Positions 37,220-51,597 of a DNA stretch of 64,000 bases are shown here, piece after piece. A model generated the notes under the pieces. The model made no database searches and was not told the origin of the DNA. It worked only from the letters and a program-made list of their open reading frames with translations. The first letter of the stretch is position 1. Every line of letters starts with the position of its first letter. Where the stretch lies: the NCBI RefSeq assembly GCF_018350175.1, contig NC_058383.1, positions 6,946,001 through 7,010,000 on the forward strand, in the 5' to 3' direction. The stretch comes from Felis catus. Taxonomy: Eukaryota. A program made the position numbers and the translations under genes.

Positions 37220-38991
37220 ACATGGCCAGGTATAGCTCAGGGCTCTCTTGTCTGCTGTTAGGAGCCTCAGGTTTTCCCTCAGTTGGCAGTCCAGCTCTCT
37301 GGCCACTTCAGCCCAGGACTTTTTGTTCCAGCTTGTGAGCATCATAAAGAGGCTTTTCTTTCTGGCAGGTGCAGATTCCCAGGAAGGCATAATGGTACTT
37401 GGTATTAGGAGAAAAGCATCAAGTGGGTCCCTGGTACTGGCTCATTAAGCTCTGTATGCTAAAGTCAGACTTTTCTGTTCATAGCATGAGCTCTTTGTAG
37501 CCTCCTTGTTTTCCTGGATGTCTCTGGAACTTGAGTTTATTAGGCAACCCAAGATTCACTTTTGGGTGATTTGCACATAATTGAATTATCTCAAGAGCTG
37601 GCCAAAACCCACCCCACCCCTATAGTTGTTTCCATGGCTCTAACTCACCCTTTGCCACCTGTGACATCTTTTGACATTTGAGAGGTTGAACTAGAGCTCT
37701 TGGCTTTACCTCTGTATCTTCAAAGAAGGCATCCTATGGGTGACTTGAGCAAGGGGGAGTATAACTGAGGCAGTATATTCCTTATCTATTGTTTTCAGAC
37801 TTTAATTCTAAATGAGTTGTGTATGTGTGTATGTTATTTTTCACACAAAGGTAGAACCACTCATACAAAATCACTAGAAAAGAGATGCTTTGACAAAACT
37901 ATTAAAGACTTAATGTACCTGAATGGAATGTACTAGCAGACACACAGACTGAATTTTGGTAGAGCCACTGTGTCTAATCCAGCTCTGATGCCTCACCCAA
38001 GGCCTGGCTCCTGAACAGAAGGTAGGAGCTCATGTCTTGAAGGCCAGCAGGCAGAGTCTATATTACAGGCTGCTCTCTGCCTTGGAGTTCCTTTCCTGCA
38101 GATCTGAAACTTATTCCTCAGATCCTACCTCTCCTGGCTCTCAGTGTCCAGTTATTGTTAAGAACTTACTGGACTTTTTCCTTTCCAACAGAGCAGTAAT
38201 CTTTCCACTTTTCCAGATTAACTCCTTAGTACATGCATCCCAAGACGCACATTTCTGGAACCTTCCTTTGTAAAGTGAAAACATCAAATATCACAGCTGA
38301 AACATAGAGACAGGAAATTTTGTTGTTTTCTTTTTTTGAGGTGACATGAGTGAAAGCTCAGAGCAAGTGTTTTAATTTGCACCATCCTTTGTGGAGGGGT
38401 GACATCATCCCCTCTTTTCCATGTGAGAACTGGACAACTGGAAGCGAGTCCACTTTGTCATTCATCCACTCATCTCTCACTTTCTCACTCAACACAATGT
38501 CTTACATTTTGTAAGTCTGCCAGACTGAAAGAGGGCACAGGAGTCTTAATTTCCTAAATCTACTGAAAATCTAGTAGGGCTTATGAGATCAATGAATAGA
38601 GTGGTAACTGAGGGTTGTTCAGGCCATGCTGACTTTCCCTCAGCTTCCGTTTTCTCATGATGCCCTGAAGTTAATAATTCAGATGGTTATGAGATTTAGA
38701 GACAACTCATGCACAAGCCAAACATGTCAGAAAGGCAAGGGTTACATAGTCTTCACAGACGAGTAAGATGTTCAGTATGAGCAGTATTAATCAGTTCAAG
38801 GACTTGAAATTCTCCGTTTCATGTCTCTGTTTTCTCTCCTTTCCCATAAGATGCGTGTGAATAAGAGCTTCCCTCTATCTGCCAGTGAGAGGTAGTAAGC
38901 CACATTTCATATGATCTGGGTCCTTTTTGTGCCCATTAGAGGTAAGGCTTAGTACATTTAGATTAATAATACATTTTCTTTCTTCTCGCAG

Positions 38992-39044
38992 GGCTTTTGT
39001 GCATTTGACGAGAAATGTTTTAAAACATATGGAAGAATGTGGGG
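38992..39044 (+). CDS. CYP3A: CYP3A gene B exon 3
   Basis: 53 bp; GFCAFDEKCFKTYGRMWG; AG/GT. Confidence 0.96.
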
Positions 39045-41286
39045 GTGAGTAGTCTGGAAATTTCCAGTGATAGGCTTTTTATGATGAGGCCCTCATGGTG
39101 TGGACAGTCTCAGTCGAGAGCCCCTTGGGATGAAACCCTATAATTAAAGCTCCTGAAACCTCCCCTTCCCAGGAATGCATGTGTCACCAGGTGTACAGGT
39201 CCAAATATGAATCTGGTCAGGAGAGCTGCAGGGTGTCCTTTATGTTTTGGATTAATATGTGTTTTTGGTAGAAGGGCTGTTGTAAACAGAATGGAAAACC
39301 ATTTCTGCTCAGCTCTTTCTTACTCTGTCTGCAAGTGTGTAGTTTGTTTTGTTTTGTGTTTTAGTACTAAGCCAAGACTTTCCAATAAAACTATAGTCAA
39401 GTATTTCTTTTTCCAATTCTATAGACTGGAAGAAATGTAGGAAGTTTCCAGAGCACAGTGTTTCCCTGGTGGGCTGATGGACTTGGGATTTTGTAGTATG
39501 GCCTCGGTGGCTTACAGTGGATGCTCCCAATGAGGTTGGCTAGAGGTTTGCTGAAGCAGTGTGAGAGGTATAGTGTGGTGCTGGGCTGCTCACAGCCAGT
39601 GTTGTACCTCTTTATCTTCTCTGGTCAAGTCCTCAGAATCCATAGGGCTCTGCTGAGTTGGTGTGGCCCATAAGCAACATGGCGGAATAGAAAGAACACA
39701 GATCTCTGGATTGCCACTGGTTTATCTCCAGTGTCCCTCCTATGTTCAGTACTGGTCAGCTCTGGCTAGAGTCAGTGTTACATTGTGGGCCCCAGTTCTG
39801 TATTTAGTAAATGGTTCTCATGCTTGGCTATGGATAAAGACCACCTACGAAGGCTTGTTAAAAATGCAGATTCTTGGTTTCCATCCTCCATTAACACAGA
39901 ATTTGGAGGATGTGGGGTGAGGTGCAAGAATGCAAATTTAACTGGTAGTAGAAGTCGTATTAGGGCTGTGAGATCATGAAAAGAGAGGGTAACTTTAAAC
40001 CACTGTCCCTTGTCCACGCTTGTGTTTTTTAACAAACAGGATAAGACATGGGAAATCACCCAAGAAAGATAATCAGATTGATGGGAGAGCCAATCTAAGT
40101 GCCACCTCATTAACAACTATTACTGCTTCAACACGAAGTATACTCGACTCACACTGAAACCTTCTGAGTTTTAGAATACTTTTTGCAGATGGGGAGCATT
40201 TAGTGCAGTGGTTCTCCTCCATTTCTATATCTGATCACAAAGCATTTGAAGTTCCTTTGTAACATCAGAGGAAGAATAGGGGACTTATGGAAAATCTTCC
40301 ATTTTGTTCTAACAAATGCAAATGATTTGTAGTAGAAAACACAATGCCAGAGGATGCTGTAATTAAGCATAATCTAAACCTCATGCCAGTGGCTGGTTCC
40401 CATTAACTGGTCATATGGACAGTCAGGAGGTCAGGGTTAATTGGGATGGATCACATATAAGGAGTCAGCTTTGTGTGATACATGTGTCACAAGTGGACTT
40501 GCCCTGCTACTAAGGGTTGTCACCTATATGGAGCCCAAGGGACTCACGCTTGGGACCCACCTATAAGAAGAAATATAAGTAATAAAGGTAAATATACCTA
40601 ACGTGATTTTTACTCTCTATTATTACTCTGTAACATTAAAGTGAATGTTTCTCTGTATTACTTTATTCTCTTTGTGTTTTTTGTTCAAAATTTTCTCAGT
40701 CAATGCTACCAAGAATATGTCTTTAATATTTAAATAATACTTCCTTTAAAATGTAACTAGAAATCATATTTTAGAGAATAGGGCAAAGAAATGATTCATA
40801 ATTTTGCCATCACTTTTTGAGCATTTCATGTCTTTATTTGCAGGCACATCTTACATGTTTGTGATCACTGTGCCTACAATTTTCATCTAATATTGTATTA
40901 TGTACATTTCATGTGTTTGATATATCTTCAAAATTATAATTATTAGTGACTGAGTGGGTGGAGTCTCTTTCATTATTTTTTTGTTCTTAGATAATTTACT
41001 TGCCTTCAGTTATTTACTAACCTTTTTTTGATAATATATGTAAAATATTTAAAATGTTTGAAGTACTTCTAAAATATTTGAAATATTTTTAACATGCAAA
41101 AAATTATGGAGAATAGTCCCAGAAACAGCCATGTGCACACATAGACTTAATAAATTTTCCATTGTTATTTCTGACCATGGTCTCAGAGAATGGATTAGGT
41201 AACATAAGGTTAAAAGTCTGGACTTCCAAGAGTGGCTGCCACTGCAGAAACTGGCACGTTAAATTTAATCAGCTCTGTTTCCCTGA

Positions 41287-41409
<123 letters not shown>

Positions 41410-41419
41410 TAAATTTACA

Positions 41420-41620
41420 TAGTTATTTATAAAACTTTTATTTCAAAATAATAATGGATTTACTGGAAATTGTCCCAGGAGGTGTCATGTCATGTGACCT
41501 TCCAGCTGTTTTCTCTAAGATAATATCTTGCTTAACTATATAGGACAGTATCAAAGCAGAATTTGTCATTGGTTCTAGCCACAGAGCTTATTCAGATTCC
41601 AGCAGTTTTATGTTTACCCA

Positions 41621-41660
<40 letters not shown>

Positions 41661-42357
41661 GCTGTCTGAACATTTATCTTACTTGTAGATTAGTGTATCT
41701 ATCACCGCAATCACGTTACAGAGCTGTTCCGTCACCAAAAGTCTCCCTCTTACTATTCTTTTGTAGGCATGGTGTGTAGCTTTTCTTTTTGTTGTATCAG
41801 GGTGTTCAGCAGAGCAAACATTGTTTTTTATTTTCTTAAGACCAGTTTATTCATTTTTTCCTTTTATGGGTTATGACTTTGGCATCAAGTTTGAAAACTC
41901 TTCACCTAGCCCTAAGTCCCAAGGATTTTCTACAAGCATTTAGTTTTATATTTTACATTTAAGTCTGTGATCTGTTTTAATTTTAATTTTTTTAACATTT
42001 ATTTTATTTTTGAGACAGAGAGAGACAGAGCATGAACGGGGGAGGGGCAGAGAGAGAGGGAGACACAGAAATTGGAAGCAGGCTCCAGGCTCTGAGCTGT
42101 CAGCACAGAGCCCGACGCGGGGCTCGAACTCACGGACTGTGAGACCGTGACCTGAGCTGAAGTCGGATGCTTAACCGACTGAGCCACCCAGGCGCCCCTG
42201 TTTTGCGTTAATTTTAGTGTTAATCATGAGATGTGAAGTTTAGGTCAAAGATCTTTGTTTTTGGCCCTTGACTGTCTAATGACTCCAGAACTAGTGTGAA
42301 AAGGCTGTACTTCCTCCACTGAATTGCTTTTGTACCAATATCAAAATTCAGTGGTGC

Positions 42358-42408
<51 letters not shown>

Positions 42409-44280
42409 ATTCTCTGTTCTGTTCATTGATCTCTGTATCTATTCCTGCACTGGTGCCAGGCTATCTTGATTACTGTAGCCATATAGTACCTCTAAACATA
42501 TGTCCAGTGATTCCTCCCATTTTATTTTTGTTAGAATTGTGTTAGATTTCCAGCTGCTTTGTCTTTCCATACAAATTTAGAACTTATCTATGTGTACATA
42601 ATAGCAGAGACTTCGTAAGATGTGCCTCAAACCCATAGATACATCTGGGAGAAATTTGTGTCTTTACTAAGTCATGTCTCTCAACTCATGAACACACTAT
42701 ATGTTTATTTAGGTTTTCTTTGATTTTTTTCACCAACGTGTAGCTCTTAGCACAGGAAAAACATACATGTTTTATAAAAATGTATACCTAAAGTATCTCA
42801 CCTTCTTTGAGTGCTTAAAATTATTATTGTGTTTTTAATAGGTTTTGACATGTTCTTGTTAGTATACAGAAATGTGGTTGGTTGTTGTGTTGATCTCATT
42901 TCCTACAACCTAGCTTAGTTCATTTATTAGATGCAGAGTTGTTCTTTTTTATATTCCTCAAGATTTTCTACATTGACATTATGTCACTTGAAATAGGGAC
43001 ACTCCTATTTTTATCCTATTTTTATCTTTCTATTCTGAATGTCTTTTATTTCTTTGTGTTGCTTATTGCACTAGCTAGGTTTTCTAGTACAATGTTGAAT
43101 AAGAGTGGTTAGAGTGGGTATTCTTGTCTTGTTCCTGATGCTGGGGGAAGCATTAGGAACTAGTAAGTGTCCTTTTTTTTTTTTTTTTTTTTTTTTGGCT
43201 TAAAGAACTCCCTTTAGCAGGCTTAGTGGTTACGAATTATTTCCACTTTTGATTGTCTGGAAATGTTTTATCTCTCATTTCTGAAGGTCTTCTTTTCTGG
43301 GTAAAGTATTCTTGAATAAATCACCCACTGTCTTCTGGCTTTCAAGACTTCTGCTGAGGAATCACCTGATAGACTCAGGGGTGTCCTCCTTGTATATGAT
43401 GAGCTCCTTTTCTCTTACTCCTTTCAAGATTTTTCTTTGTCTTTCATTTTTGACAATTATATTATAATGTGTCTTGGTGAAGTCTTTTTTGGATTCAATC
43501 TTACTGGGGACTTTTAAGCTCATGTCCCAAGATTTCCATATATTTCCCTAGGTTTGGGAACTTTTCAGCCATTGTTTCTTTAAGTAAGCAGTCTTCCCAC
43601 TTTTTCTCTCTCCTACTGGGTCTCCTGTATATGAATATTGTTTCATTTGATGGTATCCTATAAGTCCTGTTGGCATTTTTTTCCTAGCCCTTTTCATTTT
43701 TTTTCCCCAGTATGACTGGATAATTGAAAATAATCCATGAGAGCATGATGGGTTCAGGCAGTTGGGGGCCACAACATCAGCAACTGCATGATCCTTGGCA
43801 AGAGTAGTGGAAGGTTCTTGTGGCAACAGTGGCTGTTGGGATCTTCAGTAGCACCACCAGATCCAGCACCAGGGGACAAGCAGAATGGTGGCCAGAATTG
43901 GTGCTATGTACACAGTCATTAGAGGGGGTGCTGAAAGCAGGCACATGCCCAAAACAGGGTTGGGGCCACCAGTGGGGTCCATCACCAACTTTGAGCACAC
44001 AGGTGGTTTCAGGGGCTAGCCATTGGTGTGTGCATGACAGTGAGGGCTTGTGACTAGAGTCCATGCTGGCTGTGTATATGTGTATAGCTTCAGGATTTAG
44101 CTGTGGACCCTTGTGGTAGTGTAGTCCAGTGACAGGAGTCAGGACTGGCCTCAGGCACCTTAGTCATTCATCATTGAGGTGATGTTAGCTGTAGGGTTAT
44201 TAGATACTCTTTATGAAGTTGAGGAAGATGTCGTCTATTCCTAGTTTGTAAGTTTTTAATATGAATGGGTGGTAGAGATA
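41420..44280 (-). mobile_element. Old, degraded L1 fragments filling intron 4, with (TG)n at 41623-41659 and 42361-42407
   Basis: L1-like 3' end and ORF2 motifs on minus; an ORF1/UTR-like block ~43155-44160 interrupts the host L1. Confidence 0.65.
41975..42198 (-). mobile_element. CAN-SINE
   Basis: Ends CAGGCGCCCC; flanked by CTGTTTT repeats. Confidence 0.94.
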
Positions 44281-44951
44281 TCTGTATTAAGACAAAATAC
44301 AGTTTTGGAAGATGGAAGAAAGATTCGAGTTTGTTGGCTGATAGGTCAGTCCCAAACTGAGAAAGAATTATCTCTCTCTTTTTCTTTCTGTCCCTTTGGG
44401 GAAATACAGGGGGAATAGATATCCACATAACTGCATCATTTCTTCAGAATAGCAAATAGATGCACAACCTTTTTAGTGTTAGCTATGGTAATTTTTTTTA
44501 ATCACCATAACAAGACATCTGTTTTGTGAGTTGCTCCTGCTGCAGACATATGCAAAGACAGAACTGGTCTGAGGCAACATGCAGCTTGCCAGGGCTATCT
44601 GGCTATATCTACCAATCCAATTATACTCTGCATAGGGTAGGACTAGGGGTTAATACTGTGTATTATCCTGGAGGAGTATTCCCTACCAGATTTCCCCAAA
44701 CACATTTACACTAAAAAGGAGATTGGGATATAAAGGCTGGAAAGCACATCAAGTGGCTGGATGTGTTTTTCAGCTTCTCAGAGAGGTAGGCATTTGGTGT
44801 AAATATCTGTTGAACATCTGACATAGGGCCTGCTACTCCGTAGATAATCACTAAATAATTGTTGAATAATTTCTGTCCATTTGACAAATTTTCCACAACC
44901 TGAGACCTTCAAAACTTATATAAGGCAAAATGTCTTTTGCTTTGACACTAG

Positions 44952-45065
44952 TCTCTTGGTCCAGTGGGATTTATGAAAAGTGCCATCTCTCTGTCTGAAG
45001 ATGAACAATGGAAGAGAATACGAACAATGCTGTCTCCAACCTTCACCAGTGGGAAGCTCAAGGAG
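44952..45065 (+). CDS. CYP3A: CYP3A gene B exon 5
   Basis: 114 bp; [38 protein letters not shown] (WxxxR motif). Confidence 0.97.
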
Positions 45066-45322
45066 GTAAGAAAGGGAGGGTTTTCAATTAGAAAGTTAAG
45101 GAATACATCTGTGGGCAGGTAGGAAATAAGACCACAGTCCATTTCTTAGGGGTAGTTTGCTGAATTTGGGCTTCCTAAAAATGGTCTTTTAGCTTCATGT
45201 CCTGGAAGAGACATGATAAGATTTGTTATTAGATGTCCCTACTGCTTCATGCTTATGAAAGCTGTGTAATTTTAGGACTTGATTCTTGGATTTAAGTCAG
45301 GTGGTGTTGTATTTGTGTGTAG

Positions 45323-45411
45323 ATGTTCCCCATCATTGGCCAGTATGGAGATGTGTTGGTGAGGAACCTGAGGAAGGAGGCAGAGAAAGGCAAGCCCGTC
45401 AACTTGAAAGA
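45323..45411 (+). CDS. CYP3A: CYP3A gene B exon 6
   Basis: 89 bp; [30 protein letters not shown]. Confidence 0.97.
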
Positions 45412-46753
45412 GTAAGTAGAGCTGCACCTGCTGGGCTTCTGGCTCTGTCATGACATTTTCCAGCTGCTGACACAGAGCCAAACTCCCACTGTTGAGTTAG
45501 TCCAGCAAACAAACAGAAGTAGGCATGTGGTGCTACAAGTCCAGTGGGCCACCCAAGAAGAGGTAGCACGCCTCAAAAGGCAGGGCGGTCAGGAGAGAGA
45601 GGGTCTTCTTTTGTGTACGTGAGGCGGGATTAATTTATCTACTTGATTGTCCCCTTGGATATTCTAGAAGACAAAATACATCGTTTCAAAAGAAGAAACA
45701 TAATTTATCAAATCGTTGAGTGTAGACGGTATGGAATGGTGGGAGGGGAAGGCACTTTGTACATATTGGTGGGCATTGAATGGGGCAGGGAAGTTATCGT
45801 GTGGAACTTAGAACGACTTAAACCCCTTCCTGATTTTGTTAAGGATATTAGTAAAAAAAATATTAACTTTATGACCACTTGTCCATCTTTCAACCTCAGC
45901 AGAGAGAAAGCCCTGCTCATGGGATAAGGAGGGTGACTATATAATCTAAACTGTGATATTTTAAAATTATACACGATGAACAGATGTATATAGGAACTGT
46001 TCTAGAAAAACTGGTGGCATATGATCTCTTAGCTATGGCAACCCACAAATCAATTTTGTAGTGATTTACTATATATATATACTATATATATACTATATAT
46101 ACTATATACTAGGAACATTATTAGATCTTACATTTTCCAGATATGAGTGTGTCCTGAGGGAAAGTTCTGATCACTGGAATTGAGGAAGAAGGGTCTTTCA
46201 GGAGTCTTAGCAGGAGTGTAGAGAAGAAGGGATAACATTCCTTTCAGCACATAACATGGTGCTGCCGTTCACTAATGTGCTGAAGAGGAATCAGTTATGA
46301 GCATAGCTACTGTGGTGAGAGAAGGTCTGGATCAATTTTACCTTTCTTGACTCTTCTAGGAAAGGTTAATTATTCCACTGTTTGTCTTGCTCAGACACAG
46401 TGTTTATCTACCTTCTATTGCCCATACTGCAAACACACTACTGTAATTTATTTGACTTTGGGTCTCTGTTCCTTCAGGAAAGAGCTCCTTGAGTTCAGAC
46501 GTGTGTCTAACTTGTCATAGTGTCCCCATCACCCCTAGCACAAGGCCAGCAGTATCACTAGCATGATGCCTCTGCCGAATTCCTCATGGATACCTCATGA
46601 ATGAGTGTGATGGCATATAGATTATCCAGAAGGTGGTTCTGAAAGTGTGGCTCTTATGTGGCCTGGGCATCAGAATCTAATGCTGCATGTGTTGGATAGG
46701 GATAGTAAAGAGTTTCTGATTTTAATTATCCATGTCTTTCTTTCCCTACTCAG

Positions 46754-46902
46754 CATCTTTGGGGCCTACAGCATGGATGTGATTACTGGTACCTCCTTTG
46801 GAGTGAACATTGATTCCCTCAACAACCCACAAGATCCCTTTGTGGAAAATACGAAGAATCTCTTCAAATTTTCCTTCCTTGATCCACTTTTCTTCTCAAT
46901 AA
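46754..46902 (+). CDS. CYP3A: CYP3A gene B exon 7
   Basis: 149 bp; [49 protein letters not shown]. Confidence 0.97.
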
Positions 46903-47049
46903 GTATGTAGATTACTATTTTTCTCCTCCCTTCCTTTTCTCCTCTTCTTCCTCCCTCACTTCCTCCCTTCCTACCTTTCAACAACAATTTTATTGAGGTA
47001 TAACTTCACATAACATATAGGTCCTCTTTTAAAATGTACAATTCATAAT

Positions 47050-50000
47050 TTGGCTATTGAGATAGTGCTGCTATAAACATTGGGGTGCATGTGCCCTTTC
47101 AAATCAGCATGTTTGTATCCTTTGGATAAATACCTAGCCAGGCAATTGTAGGGTCATAGGGTAGTTTTATTTTTAAATTTTTGAGGAGCCTCCATACTGT
47201 TCTCCAGAGTGACTGAACAAGTTTGCATCCCCACCAGCAATGCAAAAGAGATCCTCTCTCTGCATTCTCGCCAACATCTGTTGTTGCCTGAGTTGTTCAT
47301 GTTAGCCATTCTGACAGGTGTGAGGTCGTATCTCATTGGGGTTTTGATGTGTATTTCCCTGATGACAAGTGATGTTGAGCATTTTTTCATGTGTTGGTTG
47401 GTCATCTGGATGTCTTCTTTGGAGAAGTGTCTATTCATGTCTTTTGCCCATTTCTTCACTGGGCTATTTGTTTTTTGGGTGTTGACTTTGATAAGTCCTT
47501 TATAGATTTTGGATACTAACCCTTTATCTGATATGTCATTTGCAAATATCTTCTCCCATTACGTTGGTTGCCTTTTAGGTTTGCTGATTGTTTCCTTTGC
47601 TGTGCAGAGGCTTTTTATTTTGATAAGGTCCCAATAGTTCATTTTTGCTTTTGTTTCCCTTGCCTCCAGAGACATGTTGAGTAAGAAGTTGCTGCAGCCA
47701 AGGTCAAAGAAGTTTTTGCCTGCTTTCTCCTGGAGGATTTTGATGGCTTCCTGTCTTACATTGAGGTCTTTCACCCATTTTGAGTTTGTTTTTTGTGTAT
47801 GGTGTAAGAAAGTGGTTCAGGTTCATTCTTCTGCATGTCACTGTCCAGTTTTCCCAGCACCACTTGCTAAAGAGACTGTCTTTATTCCATTGGATATTCT
47901 TTCCTGCTTTGTCAAAGATTAGTTGGCCATACGTTTATGGGTCCATTTCTGGAGTTTCTATTCTGTTCCATTGATCTGAGTGTCTGTTTTTGTGCCAGTA
48001 CCATACTGTCCTGATGATTATAGCTTTGTATTACAGCTTGAAGTCTGGGATTGTGATGCCTCCTGCTTTGGTTTTCTTCTTAAAGATTGCTTTGGATATT
48101 TGGAGTCTTTTCTGGTTCCATACAAATTTTAGGAGTGTTTGTTTTAGCTCTGTGAAGAATCCTGGTGTCATTTTGATAGGGATTGCATTGAACATGTAGA
48201 TTGCTTTGGGAAGTATTGACATTTTAACAATATTTGTTCTTCCTATCCAGGAGCATGGAATATTTTTCCACTTTTTTGTGACTTCTTCAATTTCTTTCAT
48301 AAGCTTTCTATAGTTTTCAGTGTGTGATTTTTCATCTTTTTTGCTTAGGTTTATTCTTAGGTATTTTATGGTTTTTGGTGCAATTATAAATGGGATCAAT
48401 TCCTTGATTTCTCTTTCTGTTGCTTCATTGTTGGTGTATAGGAATGCAACTGATTTCTGTGCATTGATCTTATATTGTACAACTTTGCTGAATTTATGGA
48501 TCAGTTCTAGCAGGGTTTTGGTGAAGCCTTTTGGGTTTTAGAGTATCACGTCATCTGCAAAGAGTGTATGTTTGACTTTCTCCTGGATGCTTTGGGTGCC
48601 TTTATTTCTTTGTGTAGTCTTACTGCTGAGGTTAAGGCTTCCAATACTATGTTGAATAACAACGGCGAGAGTGGACATCCCTGTATTGTTCCTGACCTTA
48701 CGGGGAGAGCTCTCAGTTTTTCCCCATTGAGGATGATATTAGAGGTGGGTCTTTCATATATGGCTTTTATGATTTCCAGGTACGATCCTTCTATCCCTAC
48801 TTTCTTGAGGGTTTTTATCAAGAAAGGATGCTGTAATTTGTCAAATGCTTTCTCTGAATCTTTTGGGAGGATCATGTGGTTCTTGTCCTTTCTTTTATTG
48901 GTGTGATGAGTCACATTGATTGTTTTGCAGATTTTGAATCAGCCCTGCATCCCGGGTATAAATCCCACTTGGTCATGGTGAATAAGTCTGTTAATGTATT
49001 GTTGGATCCAGTTGGCTAGTATCATCTTGAGGATTTTTTTGCATCCATGTTCATCAGGGAAATTGGTGTATAGTTAGTTCTCCTTTTTAGTGGGGTCTCT
49101 GTGTGGTTTTGGAATCAAGGTAATGCTAGCTTCATAGAAATAGTTTGGAAGTTTTCCTTCTATTTCTATTTTTTGGAAAAGTTTCAAGAGAATAGGCGTT
49201 AACTCTTCCTTAAATGTTTGGTAGAATTCCCCTGGAAAGCCATTTGGCCCTGGACTCTTGTTTTCTGAGAGACTTTTGATTACTAATTCTATTTCTTTAC
49301 TGGTTATGGGTCTGTTCAAATTTTCTGTTTCTTCCTGTTTTAGTTTTGATAGTTACATGTTTCTAGGAATTTGTCCGTTTCTTCCAGATTGCCCATTTTA
49401 TTGGAGTATAATTGCTGATAATATTGTCTTATTGTTTTTATTTCTGCCGTGCTGGTTATGATCTCTTCTCTTTCATTCTTGATTTTATTTATTTGGGACC
49501 TTTCCTTTTTCTTTTTGATCAAACTGTCTAGGGGTTTATCAATGTTGTTAATTCTTTCAAAGAACCAGCTTCTGGTTTAATTGATCTCTTCTACTGTTTT
49601 GTTTTGTTTTGATAGCATTGATGTCTGCTCTATACTTTATTATTTCCTGTCTTCTGCTGGTTTGGGGTTTTATTTGCTGTTCTTTTTCCAGCTCTTTAAG
49701 GTGTAATGTTAGGTTGTGTATCTGAGACCTTTCTTACTTCTTTAGGAAGGCCTAGATTGCTATATACTTTCCTCTTATGACCACCTTTGCTGCATCCCAG
49801 AGCTTTGGGGCTGTGGTGTTATCATTTTCATTGGCTTCCATGTACTTTTTAATTTCCTTTTTAACTTCTTGGTTAGCCCATTCATTTTTTAGTAGGATGT
49901 TCTTTAGTCTCCAAATATTTTTTACCTTTTCAAAATTTCTTCTGGTTCATTTTGAGTTTCATAGCATTGTGGTCTGAAAATATGCATGGCACGATCTCGA

Positions 50001-50700
50001 TTTTTTTTTTTTTTTGTACTTACGTAGGGCTGATTTGTGTCCAGTATATGGTCTCTTCTGGAAAACGTTCCATGTGCACTGGAGAAGAATGTGCATTCTG
50101 CTGCTTTTGGATGAAATGTTCTGAATATATCCATTAAGTCCATCTATTCCACTGTGTCATTCAAAGCCACACTGTGTCATTTTTCCTTGTTGATTTTCTG
50201 TTTTGATGATCTGTCCATTGTTGTAACTGGGGTGTTGAAGTCCCCTACTATTATGGTATTATTATCAATGAGTTTCTTTATGTCTCTGATTAATTAGTTA
50301 TATATTTGGGTGCTTTCACATTTGGAGCATACATGTTTACAATTGTTAGGTCTTCTTGGTGGATAGTTCCCTTAATTATGATATAATGCCCTTCTTCATC
50401 TCTTGCTACAGTCTATATTTTAAAGTCTAGATTGTCTGATGTAAGTATGGCTACTCAGGCTTTCTTTTGTCAACCATTAGCACGATAGTTGGTTCTCCAT
50501 CCCCTTGCTTTCAATATGAAGATCACTTTAGGTCTAAAGTAGGTCTCTTGTAAACAGCATATAGATGGGTCTTATTATACATTCTGTTACCCTTTGTCTT
50601 CTGATTGGAGCATTGAGTCCACTGATGTTTAGAGTGAGTACTGAAAGATATGAATTTATTGCCATTATGATGCTTGTAGAGTTGGAGTTTCTGGTGGTGT
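47050..50700 (-). mobile_element. LINE-1 ORF2 region (decayed), antisense in intron 7
   Basis: ORF fragments 47154..47459, 48031..48399, 48546..48914 ([10 protein letters not shown]), 49074..49319 and 49922..50143. Confidence 0.93.
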
Positions 50701-51150
50701 TAATTATATTTATATATATATATTATATATATATATAATATACATAAATATAAATATATATTATATATTATATATTATATATTATATATTATATATTATA
50801 TATTATATATTATATATTATATATTATATATTATATATTATATATATTATATATTATATATAACCCTATATATAATATATAATATATATATATTATATAC
50901 ATAAATATATATTATATATTATATATTATATATTATATATTATATATTATATATTATATATTATATATTATATATTATATATATTATATATAACCCTATA
51001 TATAATATATAATATATAATTATATATAACCCTATATATAATATATAATATATATAATATATATATAACCCTATATATATAATATATATAATATATAATA
51101 TATACATATTATATATACTCTATATAATATATTTATATTATAATTATATT
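50701..51150. repeat. AT-rich minisatellite, (TATATTA)n with recurring TAACCCTATATATAATAT blocks
   Basis: Direct reading; ~450 bp that is nearly all A/T. Confidence 0.95.
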
Positions 51151-51356
51151 AATGTTTATTTATTTATTTTTGAGAGACATAGAGACAGAATGCAAGTGGG
51201 GGAGGGGCAGAGAGAGAGGGAGACGCAGAATCCAAAGCAGGTTCCAGGCTCTAAGCTGTCAGCACAGAGCCTGATGCTGGTTCGAACTCATTAACTATGA
51301 GAACATGACCTGAACTGAAGCCAACACTTAAACTACTGAGCCACCCAGGCACCCCC
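51151..51356 (-). mobile_element. CAN-SINE whose tail adjoins the AT array
   Basis: SINE body ending CCAGGCACCCC. Confidence 0.9.
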
Positions 51357-51558
51357 TCCAAGTAATTCTTAATTGCCTTTTTGATTTCTTCTTTGAACCA
51401 TTGGTTATATAAGAGTGTAATGTTTAATTTCCACATATTTTATTTGTGGGTTTCCCAATGTTGTTTATGTTCTCAATTTCTAATTTTATTTCATTGTGGT
51501 TGAAGGGCATACTTGTATTATTTGCATCCTGACAACAGTTTCTTAAACATCATGATTA

Positions 51559-51597
51559 ATTATGAGATTGACGCCCTGCCTACTGCGCTAAGGAGGC
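51559..51597 (-). pseudogene. 5'-half tRNA-Met(CAT) tail-less retropseudogene
   Basis: Minus strand GCCTCCTTAGCGCAGTAGGCAGGGCGTCAATCTCATAAT matches the first 39 nt of elongator tRNA-Met as I recall it (2 mismatches); TSD ACATCATGATTAATTA at 51547-51562 and 51602-51617. Confidence 0.88.

Noticed and set aside
45600..45930. Relatively CpG-rich stretch with a 94-aa ORF in intron 6
   Set aside because: Intron length and sequence resemble ordinary CYP3A intron 6 as I recall it; no ATG-led recognisable protein and no insertion boundaries.
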